The notes beneath the pieces are model-generated. The model ran no database searches, was not told where the DNA came from, and saw only the letters and a list, made by a program, of their open reading frames with translations. Shown one piece after another: positions 1-12,129 of a stretch of 64,000 nt of DNA. The stretch is from NCBI RefSeq assembly GCF_001194135.2, contig NC_068981.1, positions 192,661,854 through 192,725,853 on the forward strand. Reading direction: 5' to 3'. The position numbers and the translations under genes were made by a program. The DNA comes from Octopus bimaculoides (taxonomy: Eukaryota). Position 1 is the stretch's first letter, and every line of letters starts with the position of its first letter.

Positions 1-284
1 AGCATGGAAAGCGGACATTAAATGACAACGATGATGATGATGATAAGTATATGATCATGTAATTAGTTTTCTCTATTGTACATCTGTATGTGAATACATA
101 GTAATATGCTGGGTATGCATATTATTGTAAATGTGTGCAAAACAGCTGTAATCATCATCATCATCATTATCATCGTATATGGAAATAATAAACCTGTATT
201 CATTTCTCGCACCTTCTGATTCTATACTTATATATTTGATAGTATGTGTATATATTTACTTGTGTTTTTTTCTTGTCTTTGCAG

Positions 285-337
285 GGACGGAGAGATGTAT
301 TAAGTGGCTTCAAGCATTAACAAGTGTCATCAACTAA
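285..337 (+). CDS. Probable terminal coding exon of a PH-domain-containing protein (gene starts upstream of the window)
   Basis: Strong acceptor (tgtgtttttttcttgtctttgcag, ending 284). The phase-1 frame reads xTERCIKWLQALTSVIN*, resembling the conserved W-x-x-A-L C-terminal helix of PH domains. It is followed by ~2 kb of repeat-free AT-rich sequence with AATAAA motifs (3'UTR-like). Confidence 0.5.
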
Positions 338-2523
338 AATGAAAAAATAGAAAAAACTATATTGCAGTTTGTCAGTCAATCACTGCAGAATTGTTTATAT
401 GAGTTAATAATAATCATAGTTTACGACTATTGGGATTTATTAACTAACCTATTTAAATTCATCCATTAATTCAAAAGTTTATAAAACTTTTGTATTCTCC
501 ATTTTAATTTTTTTTTATTACAAGTTAGTATCAACTAAAATAGAGATTATGAATTGTTTTGAAACCATCTTAGTCTCACCAATGTTTTTGTTTGAAATGA
601 ATGCTACTGCCCATAGACAGCAGTGAATTTCCTGCCATGTGTGTGTGTATGTATGTGAGAAGATCTGTTGAAAGTCTGAGGTAGGGTGACTATTTGCTAC
701 AGATATCACACCCTTATTTATCAATACTGTCGTAAATCAATAACTCTTCCTTTACCACATTCGGATCTTAAATTATAAAGCCTAACAGAGGTATGTCATG
801 TTGTAAACATGTCATACAATATTACATTATACAGTAGGATATTACTATACACCATCATACAACATGATGTTACACTGCAAGATGGCATACAATATAGTAT
901 TACAGGTGTACATTGCCATACAATATGGTGTCTTGCTATGATATCACTTTCTATTTGTGAAATAGTTTTCTTCTTTTATTCTCTCTTCACTTCAGTTAAA
1001 GAAAGAAGATGAATCTTGATGCATTAGTTATGTCTGTCTGTCACTCATATTCTAATGTGACATATCTTACCTATGGCCTCTCCAACACATTGGATAAATA
1101 GACATTATGACATTCTGTGATATAACCAAGAAAAAAAAAAAATTATCTTTTAATTTTTCTAAATAGAACTCAAGAGAAAAGAGTAGGAAATTGTTGCAAA
1201 ACAAGAGTTGGCTCTAAGAAATATATAGCTCGATTGATTAATAAACAGACGAAAGATGGACAAACAATTATAGGTGACAGAAAGTCTTTTATGTGATATG
1301 TTACATATACATGTTACATTATAGCATTGCCCAGTTGTATGTTTGAAACGGCTGAAAAGAATCATCTTGTAATTTGAAAATGTTTATGTGACATCTCATA
1401 TAAATGAACTACTCCCACCTGTTATTGTTTGTTCATCCTTTGTGTGTGTGTTCTCAAAAAAGATCCTAGCTTATTTGCAAATTTAAACTATTTTCTTTCT
1501 TTTTTTAAATCACCTGAGTGAAGTATGAGAGGATTGGTCTCCACTCTGATATAATTTTATAAGGAACAAGTGTAAAAGACAAATTAACTGCTAAGTAACA
1601 TCTATGGTCTTGTGTTCTCCAGTACGATAACTGCTGGACATGATTTACACATGCTCTAATCTAGCTTATAATTTCTTTAGCTAATACTCAACACTATCTT
1701 ATATTTTACCATCATATATTTAGACTATAATAGTTCTCATGGTCTCTAATTACTGAATTAAGCTAGCTTGATTAATGTAATTTAGGGTTTAAATATATTG
1801 ATATTAATGAGTTGACTTATTGTATTCTGTAGAAATATCCTGTCTCATTGAGTGGAAGTTTCATTCTTAATTAAATCTTTCCTTGTAAATCATAAATTAT
1901 TTTTTCCACGTCCACACTCTATTCCTTACTCTTCCAGAGAATGACAAAAGAGATATCAGAATCCTGCTATTTGAAGAAGAAAACAAATTAATAAATAACT
2001 TATTGACGTTTTGTAAATTTAAATTTTAAATCTATCTTTTTGCACTTTATATATATATATATATTTTCATTAACTCTAAAGGTGCAAAATAACAAATACA
2101 TAAAAAAAAGAAAAGAAAAAGTACCTTTAGCAATTAATAATCGCACAGTTCACCATCAATTTTTTTTCTCTATCATTTCATTATTGATATGAATTTTTTT
2201 ATAACATTGTATTATATTTTTTAACTGCACTCTTCTGAAAAATGTTAAAGAAAGACAAAAGTCATCATTTTTTTATATGTTTCTACTTGAAATGACAATT
2301 TTTGTTCAGGTGATAATTCTGGAATCTCAATCTGAAATTCTCAACAACAATATATCTTCCATTCAACATTGCCAAACCTTAAACACCGATGATGTAATAT
2401 AATTGTCTTGATTTGTTCTTATTATTTCACGTTTCTTCAAACCATAGACATTGACTTTGCTCAAAGTTGTCTTTTTGTTTTTTTTTATCTTTGCCATCAT
2501 GTAACCATTTTATTTTGTTTGGC

Positions 2524-2560
<37 letters not shown>

Positions 2561-3074
2561 TACACAAAATAAATGATAAACAGTGGATTACTGCAAGTAA
2601 ACATGAAGAAACTCCAAAAGTCCTGTTGAGATTTCTGTTATCTTTTTAGAATTGTTTCTGAACTCAAAAGGTTGTATTTTTCATATTTAAATTATGCTTA
2701 CATGGACACACATCGCACATGTATGCATCAACATGTGGACACTTGTTTCACAGGGACAAGTGTATGCATGTTACACATGGACAGTTGTCTACATAGACAA
2801 ATGCACAGGTGCCATACAGAGACTTATGAACACCTGGACAAATAGACATCTGTCCCCTCCTGGACAAATCATCAATGTAAATAATATTGTTTTCAGACTT
2901 TTCCACTGAACATTGAGCGACCGACTTAGTTTGTAGCTCTCTAACCATCACCATTCACTCATATATTGGAATGTTTTAGTTCAGTCAGACTTGAAAACAC
3001 AAATAAAATATTAAACTGAAATTGTTTTACTTGTTTTTATTTATGTTGTTGTTTTTTCTCATTTTTATTGTTCC

Positions 3075-3305
3075 TCATCATCATCATTTAACATCCATTT
3101 TCCATGCTGGCATGGGTTGGATGGTTTGACAGGAGATGGCAAGCTAGAGAGCTGCACCAGGTCTGTTATGGCATGGTTTCTACAGCTGGATTCCTTTCCT
3201 AATGCCGACCACTTTACAGGGTGTATTGAGTGCTTTTTATGTGGCACCATCAACAGTACTTTTGCCATGGCACCATCGCCCATGTTTTTTATGTGGCACC
3301 AGCAA
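3075..3305 (-). mobile_element. SINE family A, 3' part with (GAT)n tail
   Basis: Matches the multi-copy motif catcatcatttaac-tcc-tttccatgctggcatgggttgg...ctacagctggat-cccttcctaatgcc found >15 times in the window. Confidence 0.8.
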
Positions 3306-3369
3306 AATTCACTTGAAACAATTGTAACCAATATACCAAAGAGCCAGTTTATAGTATTTTATCTCTGAA

Positions 3370-3535
3370 CTGGAGTGGCTGTGTGGCAAGTAGCTTACTT
3401 CCCAACCACATGGTTCCAGGTTCAGTCCCATTGCATGGCACCTTGGGCAAGTGTCTTCTACTATAGCCTTGGGCCAACCAAAGCCTTGTGAGTGGATTTG
3501 GTAGATGGAAACTGAAAGAAGCCTGTCGTGTATAT
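3370..3535 (+). mobile_element. SINE family B, tRNA-like head
   Basis: A box TGGCTGTGTGG and B box GGTTCAGTCCC, then ggcaccttgggcaagtgtcttctactatagcc...gaaactgaaagaagcc, as in the other copies. Confidence 0.85.
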
Positions 3536-3899
3536 ATATATATATATATATATATATNNNNNNNNNNNNNNNNNNNNNNNNNNNNNNNNNNNNNNNNNNN
3601 NNNNNNNNNNNNNNNNNNNNNNNNNNNNNNNNNNNNNNNNNNNNNNNNNNNNNNNNNNNNNNNNNNNNNNNNNNNNNNNNNNNNNNNNNNNNNNNNNNNN
3701 NNNNNNNNNNNNNNNNNNNNNNNNNNNNNNNNNNNNNNNNNNNNNNNNNNNNNNNNNNNNNNNNNNNNNNNNNNNNNNNNNNNNNNNNNNNNNNNNNNNN
3801 NNNNNNNNNNNNNNNNNNNNNNNNNNNNNNNNNNNNNNNNNNNNNNNNNNNNNNNNNNNNNNNNNNNNNNNNNNNNNCCACGAGCCCTGCCTCACCACT

Positions 3900-4362
3900 G
3901 ATGCCTGTGACTCTCTTTGTGTCGCATTCATGAGGTACCATTCATACACAACATTTATGCAACACTCTTCCATCGATTATCGAACATTTTCTCTCTAGCC
4001 CTATTTTCCTTTTCAGATGAAAGGTGAAATAATTCACCAATTCAGGGCCAGAGATGAAGATGCCTGACTTTAACCTTTTCAACCTTGTCTTCCAAATCAC
4101 CTCTCTCACAATTGCTACTACAATGAGTAAACAATTCTTACCGTCTTTCGATAGGAAATCCGATGGGTCAATTTTTACTATTGACTCAGTCGATAGCTGT
4201 ACTCTTCCTGCACTTGACAACAGTTGTTCAGCATAAACCCACACATCTGACACCTCTGAACACTGAACAATAGCGTGCGGGATGGTTTCCCTATCCCGCT
4301 CGCATCTTGGACAGGTCAAAGAGCCGTGGCCTTGTGAGTTTGTCCCGAACAGATAAGGCTCT
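3900..4362 (-). pseudogene. Tx1/L1-clade LINE ORF2 C-terminal fragment
   Basis: Translation contains CPRCERDRETIPHAIVQC (C-x2-C-x8-H-x4-C) followed by VW and REVIWKTR, typical of L1/Tx1 ORF2 ends. It is 5'-truncated and frameshifted at the 3' end. Confidence 0.75.
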
Positions 4363-4422
4363 AGTTCTATATTTAACAGCTGAGGAATTATGTACATTAT
4401 TTACGATATTTACAATTTACAG

Positions 4423-4638
4423 TGGCACATAACAAGCACTATCCGGAGATGATTGATACCAGGCCTGCCTGACTGGCTCCCATTCCAGTGGCACATAAAA
4501 AGCACCCACTACACTCTGAGTGGTTGGCGTTAGGAAGGGCATCCAGCTGTAGAAACATTGCCAGATCAGATTGGAGCCTTGTCAAACCGTCTAACCCATT
4601 CCAGCATGGAAAACGGACGTTAAACGATTACGATGATG
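4423..4638 (+). mobile_element. SINE family A
   Basis: ggcacataaaaagcacccactacactctgagtggttggcgttaggaagggcatccagctgtagaaac...ggacgttaaacgat tail. Confidence 0.85.
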
Positions 4639-5864
4639 TTGTGTTCAGCTTAAAAACTGTAAATTGAGAAAATTCCACAGGAGTAGAAAGGATTCAGTAA
4701 AGTGGTTAGGGCAAGTCTGTTGGATAGTGATAAAAAATGAATGATGAGAGAAGAAACAAATGATTGTGTTGCAAAGTGAGTTTAGATTTTGTGGACTTAC
4801 AACAAGCATAGTCGGAGAAACAGGGGCCATTATAATAATGCTAGAAAACGTTGAGTTAAGGGGCAGTATCCTCTTTTATTGCATAAGTCTGGAAGAAGGA
4901 GCAGTGTCTATGCTGGAAGTGAATGTGATATGAATGGTTGCTGGTAAAGTATGAAGGTTGCCCTTCTAGAGAATTGGTCTTACTAGGTTGTTTTCAAACA
5001 GTAGAGGTAAATTCGAGAAAGAGAGAGAGAGTAACGTGTGGATGCTTCACTAATGATTAGTATTATCTTTGAGAAAGTCCTCTACAAGAAGTATTCATTT
5101 TATTATGTAATGAAAAATGGAGAAGAGTCGATTTTTGTGTCGTCTGCTTGTTGTGGAAACTCGTGTTGGTTTTCAAGCAATAGTCACGGTCTCCCGAAAG
5201 CGACGGTGATGTGTTCTGATTCTTGATACACTCGCAGGTTGAAGAAACATCCTCGATCGTCTGCAGGTTGTTGAAACATTCTGAGTTGCCTGCAGATTCT
5301 AAGAGTATTTGTAATTATTTGCAGGTTGTAGGGATACTTTGTGTCGTTTGTAAGTTGTGGAGAAATTAAACATTTTCATATAGATCGATCAATCTCTTAA
5401 ATCGACAGGAAGATCAACGACAATAAGCGTTGAAACCAATTTCGTAGTCTGGATTTTGGCCACAAAATTGCCGCCTTCTTTCGTAAACGTAACACACCTT
5501 CGACTACAGCATACACATGTATATAGATGTCCACCCCTTGAGGTCCTCACACCCAGCACACCCCACGTTATACCACTGATTAAAACACGTATTTTAATAT
5601 GCAGTTATTTAGTTCTTATCAAGATATTTGACCAATATCTGTAGAGAGTAGGTATGGTCGCTTAAATCGACCCTATTATATAATTTGTATCTTATTAATC
5701 TCTATAGAATTCAAAAGGAAATCGATTTCAACTGGATTTGAATAGCGAGGCGATTTAAATATCTATTCGACCGCTGCGGCCATCCTCGTATGTCGTACAT
5801 ACCTACATACATACATACAAACAAATCTGAACACGCACTGACTCCAAATACTGTACATATACAC

Positions 5865-6276
5865 ATCATCATCATCATCATCATCGTTTAACGTCCGCTT
5901 TCCATGCTAGCATGGGTTGGACGGTTTGACTGAGGACTGGTGCAACCGGATGGCTACACCAGGCTCCAATCTAATTTGGCAGAGTTTCTACAGCTGGATG
6001 CCCTTCCTAACGCCAACCACTCAGAGAGTGTAGTGGGTGCTTTTACGTGTCACCCGCACGAAAACGGCCAAGCTCGAAATGGTGTCTTTTATGTGCCACC
6101 CGCACAAGAGCCAGTCCAGGGGCACTGGCAACGATCTCGCTCGAAAACCCTACAAGGCCAGTCAGGCGGTACTGGCAACGGTCACGCTCAGGATGGTACA
6201 TCTCATGTGCCACCCGCACAAGAGCCAGTTCAGGGGCACTGGCAACGATCTCACTTGGCTTGCCGGGTCTTCTCAC
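5865..6276 (-). mobile_element. SINE family A with internal tandem units, CpG-rich copy
   Basis: (CAT)n tail, A-family core, and repeated units such as atgtgccacccgcacaagagccagtccaggggcactggcaacgatc. Confidence 0.85.
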
Positions 6277-6504
6277 ACATGTATGCATAAATACACAGAC
6301 GATGCTGGAATTCCAATGAAAAAGCTTTGCATCCAGGTTAGAAACAGGGTCTTTCTCTATTGCCAAGAAATCTTGAAATACAACTGATCACACATACCAA
6401 CACACACACACACGTACACACACATGCACGCACGTACACACACACACACGCATGCACGCACACACACAAGTAATGCAGGAGTGGACATGACTATTTTATT
6501 AGCT

Positions 6505-7225
6505 TACACAGGTCGTCCATATAGCACAATGGTTCGTTAACTCTTTCTCTAGAAAAACACCTCTTCCTGTTCTGCATTGCAGGCAAATGAATCAGTTCCG
6601 AGCAGAAGCAACATTCCATCATTGAATTCTTGGTGAAGAATGGTACGCAGGTTATCTGAAATCCATAAAAGGCTACAAGTTGTTTACAGAGATGACTCCA
6701 TTGACAAGAGCAATGGAACATGAATGTACTGTGAATAGCATGTAGTTCTGAGACACTGAAAAAGTTCGAAGAAGCTATTAGGTGGAAGAGATGGAAAAAG
6801 AATTTGCAAACGAACGACCTTCACCATGATGATGCGAAACCAACACATCACTAACAACAAATGAAACAATCGGCAAATTGGGCTGATCAGTGTTCCATTG
6901 CCCTTCCATCACATAGTGCGAATCTGGCACCTTCCGAATTCCATCTGCTCTGTCCAATGAAAGGGAATCTGCGGAGACAATGATTTGATGACACAGGTGT
7001 AGTGGCCGCGAAGAAGCGGATACAGCAATGCAAACACAAGCTTTTTCAAAGATGATCCGGGAGTCGGCTTCAATCATGGCACAAATACATCGCTTGTAAC
7101 GAAGACTATATTGAGCAATACCTTTCTATAGAGGAAGAATTACTCTAGCAACATGTGCAATTTGAACGATCTGTGTCAGTTAATAAAAATGTTATGCCTA
7201 CCTTTGCGTAAACTTTCGGTATAGC
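6505..7225 (+). pseudogene. Internally deleted mariner transposase remnant
   Basis: Frameshifted N-terminal HTH (EQKQHSIIEFLVKNG / LSEIHKRLQVVYRDDSIDKSN) and C-terminal LPSHSANLAPSEFHLLCPMKGNLRRQ*FDD, a degenerate YSPDLAPSDFHLF motif. Confidence 0.7.
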
Positions 7226-7504
7226 ACTCGTATGTTATAATTAAGTTCTTGTAAGGTGAGTGAGGCAGATATAAATATACTTTTTGATTGTAATTGTTGG
7301 ACCAGAATATTTCTCAATAGTTTTGGCTTTTCAGTGCGGCTTCTGAGAACTTTTTTTTTACATAAGTGAGTTGCTGCTGAAATCCCTGTTGGCTGTGTCT
7401 GCCAGTTCCATTCGTTCTTCACGGAATTGGCGAGGCGCCACGAAGCGTGGAGTGTTTTATTTTCGTGACATACATAGTAATAGGCTGACACAACAAGAGA
7501 GCTT

Positions 7505-7680
7505 CAAAACAGGTCTCTCAACTTGCTAGAAGCAGCAGCCAAAATTCCCTCAAATAAAATCTTGTCAGAAAACACATACACGGGTACACATTAGACAATA
7601 TAATCCTGGATATACAAAAAGACGGAATAGTCATGGCTGGAACGGCTAGCTGGATTCAGCAATGAGGTGGGGGTTCAACA
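7505..7680 (+). mobile_element. SINE family D fragment ((CAA)n-tailed family)
   Basis: caacttgctagaagcagcagccaaaattccctcaaat...gtcatggctggaa; related copies at 40630, 51410 and 61745. Confidence 0.6.
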
Positions 7681-8064
7681 ACAAAAACACAAGCACATAC
7701 ATAAAGTTTGAAGAGGTGAGTCAGTGATTATAACTTTCAAGATTCACTTACATTGGGATAAGGATAACTGACTGGAAAATTTGCCAAGGATGCCTTCTGC
7801 ATGAAAGATAAGCAGTTAGGTGAAAGCTAACATACAACATAAAGTATGTTAGGCCTCACTTACCTATAAGGATAACAGAGTTTGCTTAGAAAAGTTTGGT
7901 GGTTATTTTTAATGGTGGTGGCACCTGGATGGCAGGCAAGAAATATTGGGTTGCGACAAAAGAATTTAAGTAGGATTCTTCTTATTGTTAAATTGGATCG
8001 CGGAAACTGCTTGCCTCACAGGTGGGGGTAAAATAATCGAGAAGATGGGAGATCTCTCCCCACC

Positions 8065-8097
<33 letters not shown>

Positions 8098-8250
8098 TCA
8101 CACACACACGCACACGTGCTCACATACACTAACATCCACAGACACTCATACGTGCATACATACACATACTCATACATATATATGCTTGCACATACACACA
8201 CGTATACACACACATACACATGTGCACAGACTCTCTCACACACATACAGA

Positions 8251-8377
8251 TTATTCGCAGACAGCCGTGTTAATAATGAGGAGAGCTCCCTTATATGGAC
8301 AAGACCATTGCATCTGTAAATGTTGTAGAAATGCATTAAAAGTGGTTTGGAAAAAAAAGTTCGGTGGCGCATTCCAG
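8251..8377 (-). CDS. Candidate terminal exon of an unidentified minus-strand gene
   Basis: Acceptor ttacatcag (8378). The phase-2 frame is open: (S)WNAPPNFFFQTTFNAFLQHLQMQWSCPYKGALLIINTAVCE*. It is phase-compatible with exon 9070-9136. No family recognised, and the opposite strand also has an open frame. Confidence 0.3.
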
Positions 8378-8559
8378 CTGATGTAATATTTTAAGATTGG
8401 TTTATATATCTGTGTGTGATAGAAGTAGTGGGATAAGCACGAAAAGTGTCAGAAACAGGTAGTTTCTATTTTTACGTAAGGCAAAGAAAATATATTTTCC
8501 CCGCTCCCACAAAATATTTATACTTCTGTTCAGTTATTGTTGAAAGTTACTCTTTTACA

Positions 8560-9060
8560 ATCAATCTCTCTCTCTCTCTCTCTCTGTTTGAGTCTCACTC
8601 TCTCTTTCTTTGCATCTCTCTCCCTCCCACTCTTTCTCCGCCTTTCTCTCCCACTCCCTTACACTTTCTTGTCCTCCTCCCCTTTCCGCCTCTCTCTCGT
8701 TACTGTCACCACTCTCTCCTTTCTCTTTCCGTCTTTCTCCCCTCTCTCTTCCACTCTCTCTTCCATCTCTCTCCGTTTTCTCCCCCTCTCTCCTGTTATC
8801 TAAAGTGACTATTTCTTCACTCATCTCTCTCTCTCTCTCTCTCTCTTGTCCTTGTTATGCCTCTCTCTCCTCCTCTCTTTGCCTCTTTCTCTTTCTTTCT
8901 CCTACTCTCTCAGGTTCCTTCCATCTTCTCTCTCCTCTCCTTCTTCCCTTCTCTTTTCTCTCCCCTCCTTTCTCCAACCAGCTTTCCCCTCTCTCTCTTT
9001 CTCTGTTTGTCTTTCTCTCATTCTCCTTCTCTCTCTTCCTCCCACTATTTCTCATTCTCC
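8560..9060. repeat. ~500 bp degenerate (CT)n polypyrimidine/polypurine tract
   Basis: Almost exclusively C/T on the + strand. Confidence 0.9.
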
Positions 9061-9069
9061 TATCCTCAC

Positions 9070-9136
9070 CTAATTACACAAATAATGGGAGCAGTATTTA
9101 TAGAGTGTGGTTCCTCTTTGTTTAAAAAATGTTCAT
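9070..9136 (-). CDS. Candidate internal exon (67 nt)
   Basis: Acceptor ttctattttggctccag and donor AG|GTGAGG; frame xEHFLNKEEPHSINTAPIICVI, phase 1 to 2. Confidence 0.3.
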
Positions 9137-9339
9137 CTGGAGCCAAAATAGAAGTTGATTCAGAACAAACATTTAACGATGAATTGACAGAGTTTAAACA
9201 ACAACAACAACAACAACAACAGCAACAACAAAAGAGACATACATATTAATTTTACAGACTTATTCCACAGTGGAAATAGATCCTACCCAACGTCTTGGCA
9301 ACACAAATTCTAATATTAGAGGCCCTTCAACGTAATGAA

Positions 9340-9475
9340 CTGGCAGAATGGTTAGCACACTGGGCAAAATGCTTTGTAGCATTTCATCTGTCCTTATGTC
9401 CTGAGTTCAAATTCGATGTAATAGACTTACCTCCTTCCCCAAACTTGCTGGCCTTGTGCCAAGAATTTAAAACAA
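9340..9475 (+). mobile_element. SINE family E, degenerate
   Basis: ctggcagaatggttagcac...ctgagttcaaatt head. Confidence 0.65.
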
Positions 9476-9779
9476 ATTTTAGAGGCTCTTCATTCCTACC
9501 TAACTTTCCCTGACCATACAACATCCACAGGCAGCCTATGCACCATACATCAAACTCACAATAATCCTATGAGTAGAAACCTTGAGACCATTCTCCAGGG
9601 GTCCAAGCCAACCTTGTCTCTTTTAAGAGTAAAACAACCCAAGTGCTATTTCTTCAAAGAAAACAATAATGCCCTTCCTCAAAACATGAGCAGCACTCAC
9701 TGAGAGGCCTCACAATCACCAAAAATGTTGGGTCTCTCTTTTGGTGAAGATATATAAGAATTTATGAGGGTGGGGGTAT

Positions 9780-10040
9780 GTTTGTATCTCTTTGTCTTCA
9801 CATCACATGATAGTCGTAAATGAGTGTCACTGTTATATAAGCAGTGTTATTTATTTCCATTATTCTGCAAAAAAACTTCTAGGGATAATATTTCCATGGG
9901 GAAGTATTACCTTTCTTAGTAACCGATGAGGGTTGGTGAAAAGGTTATCAGGCCAAACAAAAACTGCCTCCATAAACTCCATCCAGCCCATGCAAACATG
10001 GAAAAGTTGATGCTAAAAAGATGATAAAGGTGAGGATGAT
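9780..10040 (+). mobile_element. SINE B/A hybrid tail (tail 2)
   Basis: cacatcacatgatagtcgtaaatgagtgtcactg...cccatgcaaacatggaaaag...gatgat; similar to 57880-58115. Confidence 0.55.
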
Positions 10041-10089
10041 ATAAAGTTGGTCGAGATGGAAAAAGAAGTGTGTATCGTTTGGTACATAC

Positions 10090-11012
10090 AAATTACAGCA
10101 TCAAGTGGAGAGTACTAGAGAAGTACAAGCCATCTTTTGCATGAAAATTCTCGTCAAATGACAAGGGAACTGGCAGAGAAAATGGAATGCTTCCACACTG
10201 CTATAGAAGAGCATCTTCACTCAAAGGAAAAGGTTCAGAAGTATGGTGCATGGGTTCTGCATGCTTTGAGTGACAACAACAAAAATCAACGAGCCACAAT
10301 CTGCGGTGGTTTGCTTGCTCGTCACCGCTCAACTCATGGACACAAGCCACGATTTCTTTACCGAATTGTTACTGGCGAAGAAAAATGGTGCCTGTACATC
10401 AGTATGAAGCAGCGTAAGGAATGGCTTAGCCCTGGAAAACTAGCGACACTGCATGTGAAATAAGATCTTCATCTGCATAAAATGATGTTGCGCATATGGT
10501 GGGACTGGGAAGGGATTATCTATTACGAATTACTTGAATGGAACCAAATGGTCAATGTGGAACTCTATGTTCAACAGATGGAACGACTCAACATGGCTAT
10601 TCAAAAGAAAAGACCTAATTGGCAGCATGGAGTTCTTCTGCTGCATGACAACACCCGCCCTCAAATCGCCAATATGACCAAGGAAGCCATTCAAATGCAT
10701 GGCTGGGAAGTGCTGCCACACCCGCCGTACTTTCCTGATTTGGCACCAACGAATTTCCACCTCTTTCGATCTCTTTCAAATACTATGTGCAAAGTTACAT
10801 TCAATATTGATGCAGAATTGAGAGCTTGGTTGGATCAATTTTTTTAATCGAAATCAGGGGATTTCTACCAACGAGTTATTGAAAATCTTGTTGAATGTTG
10901 GGAAGAAGTTGTAAACAACAAGGGTGGATACATTATTGGTTAATTAGTTGTTATTTTTTATTAAAACTTTAAAAAACTATAAATTTAAAAAATGGCGGGA
11001 ACTTAGTTGCCA
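10090..11012 (+). pseudogene. Mariner (DD34D) transposase pseudogene with 3' TIR
   Basis: WVLHAL (WVPHEL), IVTGEEKW (first catalytic D to E), HDNTRP and YFPDLAPTNFHLFRSL (third D to N). Stops at 10461 and 10845; N-terminal deletion. The 3' TIR aaaatggcgggaacttagttgcca runs into the gap. Confidence 0.9.
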
Positions 11013-11303
11013 NNNNNNNNNNNNNNNNNNNNNNNNNNNNNNNNNNNNNNNNNNNNNNNNNNNNNNNNNNNNNNNNNNNNNNNNNNNNNNNNNNNNNNNN
11101 NNNNNNNNNNNNNNNNNNNNNNNNNNNNNNNNNNNNNNNNNNNNNNNNNNNNNNNNNNNNNNNNNNNNNNNNNNNNNNNNNNNNNNNNNNNNNNNNNNNN
11201 NNNNNNNNNNNNNNNNNNNNNNNNNNNNNNNNNNNNNNNNNNNNNNNNNNNNNNNNNNNNNNNNNNNNNNNNNNNNNNNNNNNNNNNNNNNNNNNNNNNN
11301 NNN

Positions 11304-11336
<33 letters not shown>

Positions 11337-11574
11337 TGCTGTTGTTTTATGTGCACTTTAAGAGAATAAATATATTACTGGACCATTAACAATGCTTTTG
11401 TTTCAATACTATTTTGTACGTCAGAATATAACTCTCAGCCAACATTCCACGTATAGACCAGTTATAGATGCACTGTTAGTAAGGGATGAAATAAATTGGG
11501 TGAAACAATTTGCGTATATTTTGCATTCTTGGTAGCTAATTCGATTGTGTTTCATTGCTGTAATGTACTCTAGA

Positions 11575-11910
11575 GTGACAGGGTGACCCTCTTCGGTCAT
11601 GACTGACCATGGGATTGCACTTAGAAAGTTACCCTCCGAGGCACAAGTCTGGGCAAGGTTGTTTATGGAAGACCAGCAGTCACCCATGCATACCAGCCTC
11701 CCCTCTCCACACCACCGGTGTTATCCAACGGAAAGGCAAAGGGGCCGATACAGCTCGGCACCAGTGACTTGGCAACTCATTTCTACAGCTGAGTGAACTG
11801 GAGCAATGTGAAATAAAGTGTCTTGCTCAAGAACACAACACGTAGCCCAGTCTGGGAATTGAACTCACAACCTCACAATCGTAAGCTTAATGCTCTAACC
11901 ACTGAGCCAT
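11575..11910 (-). mobile_element. SINE family C head with alternative tail
   Basis: Reverse complement of gtgaaggtgcatggctcagtggttagagc...gagttcaattcccagac...tgtgttcttgagcaagacactttatttcacattgctccag. Confidence 0.8.
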
Positions 11911-12129
11911 GCACCTTCACTATAACATACTATAGAATACACATTTATACACACACACACACACACGTGTGTGTGTATATTCATGTATGTATGCATATGT
12001 ATGAATGTGTGTAAGTCTCTTGATTTGTGTGTGTGTGTGTGTGTGTGAGATCACTCTTAGTGTTACTGGTAACATATAACCCAGTACAACCCACAACCTG
12101 TCACCTGGTTGGGTCCTTAGTGAGTACAA

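Noticed and set aside
4640-5400. Possible Penelope ORF remnant
   Set aside because: Multiple stops and no diagnostic RT or GIY-YIG motif recognisable by eye.
9160-9249. Poly-Q ORF end (KQQQQQQQQQQQKRHTY)
   Set aside because: A (CAA)n microsatellite without supporting splice signals in that frame.
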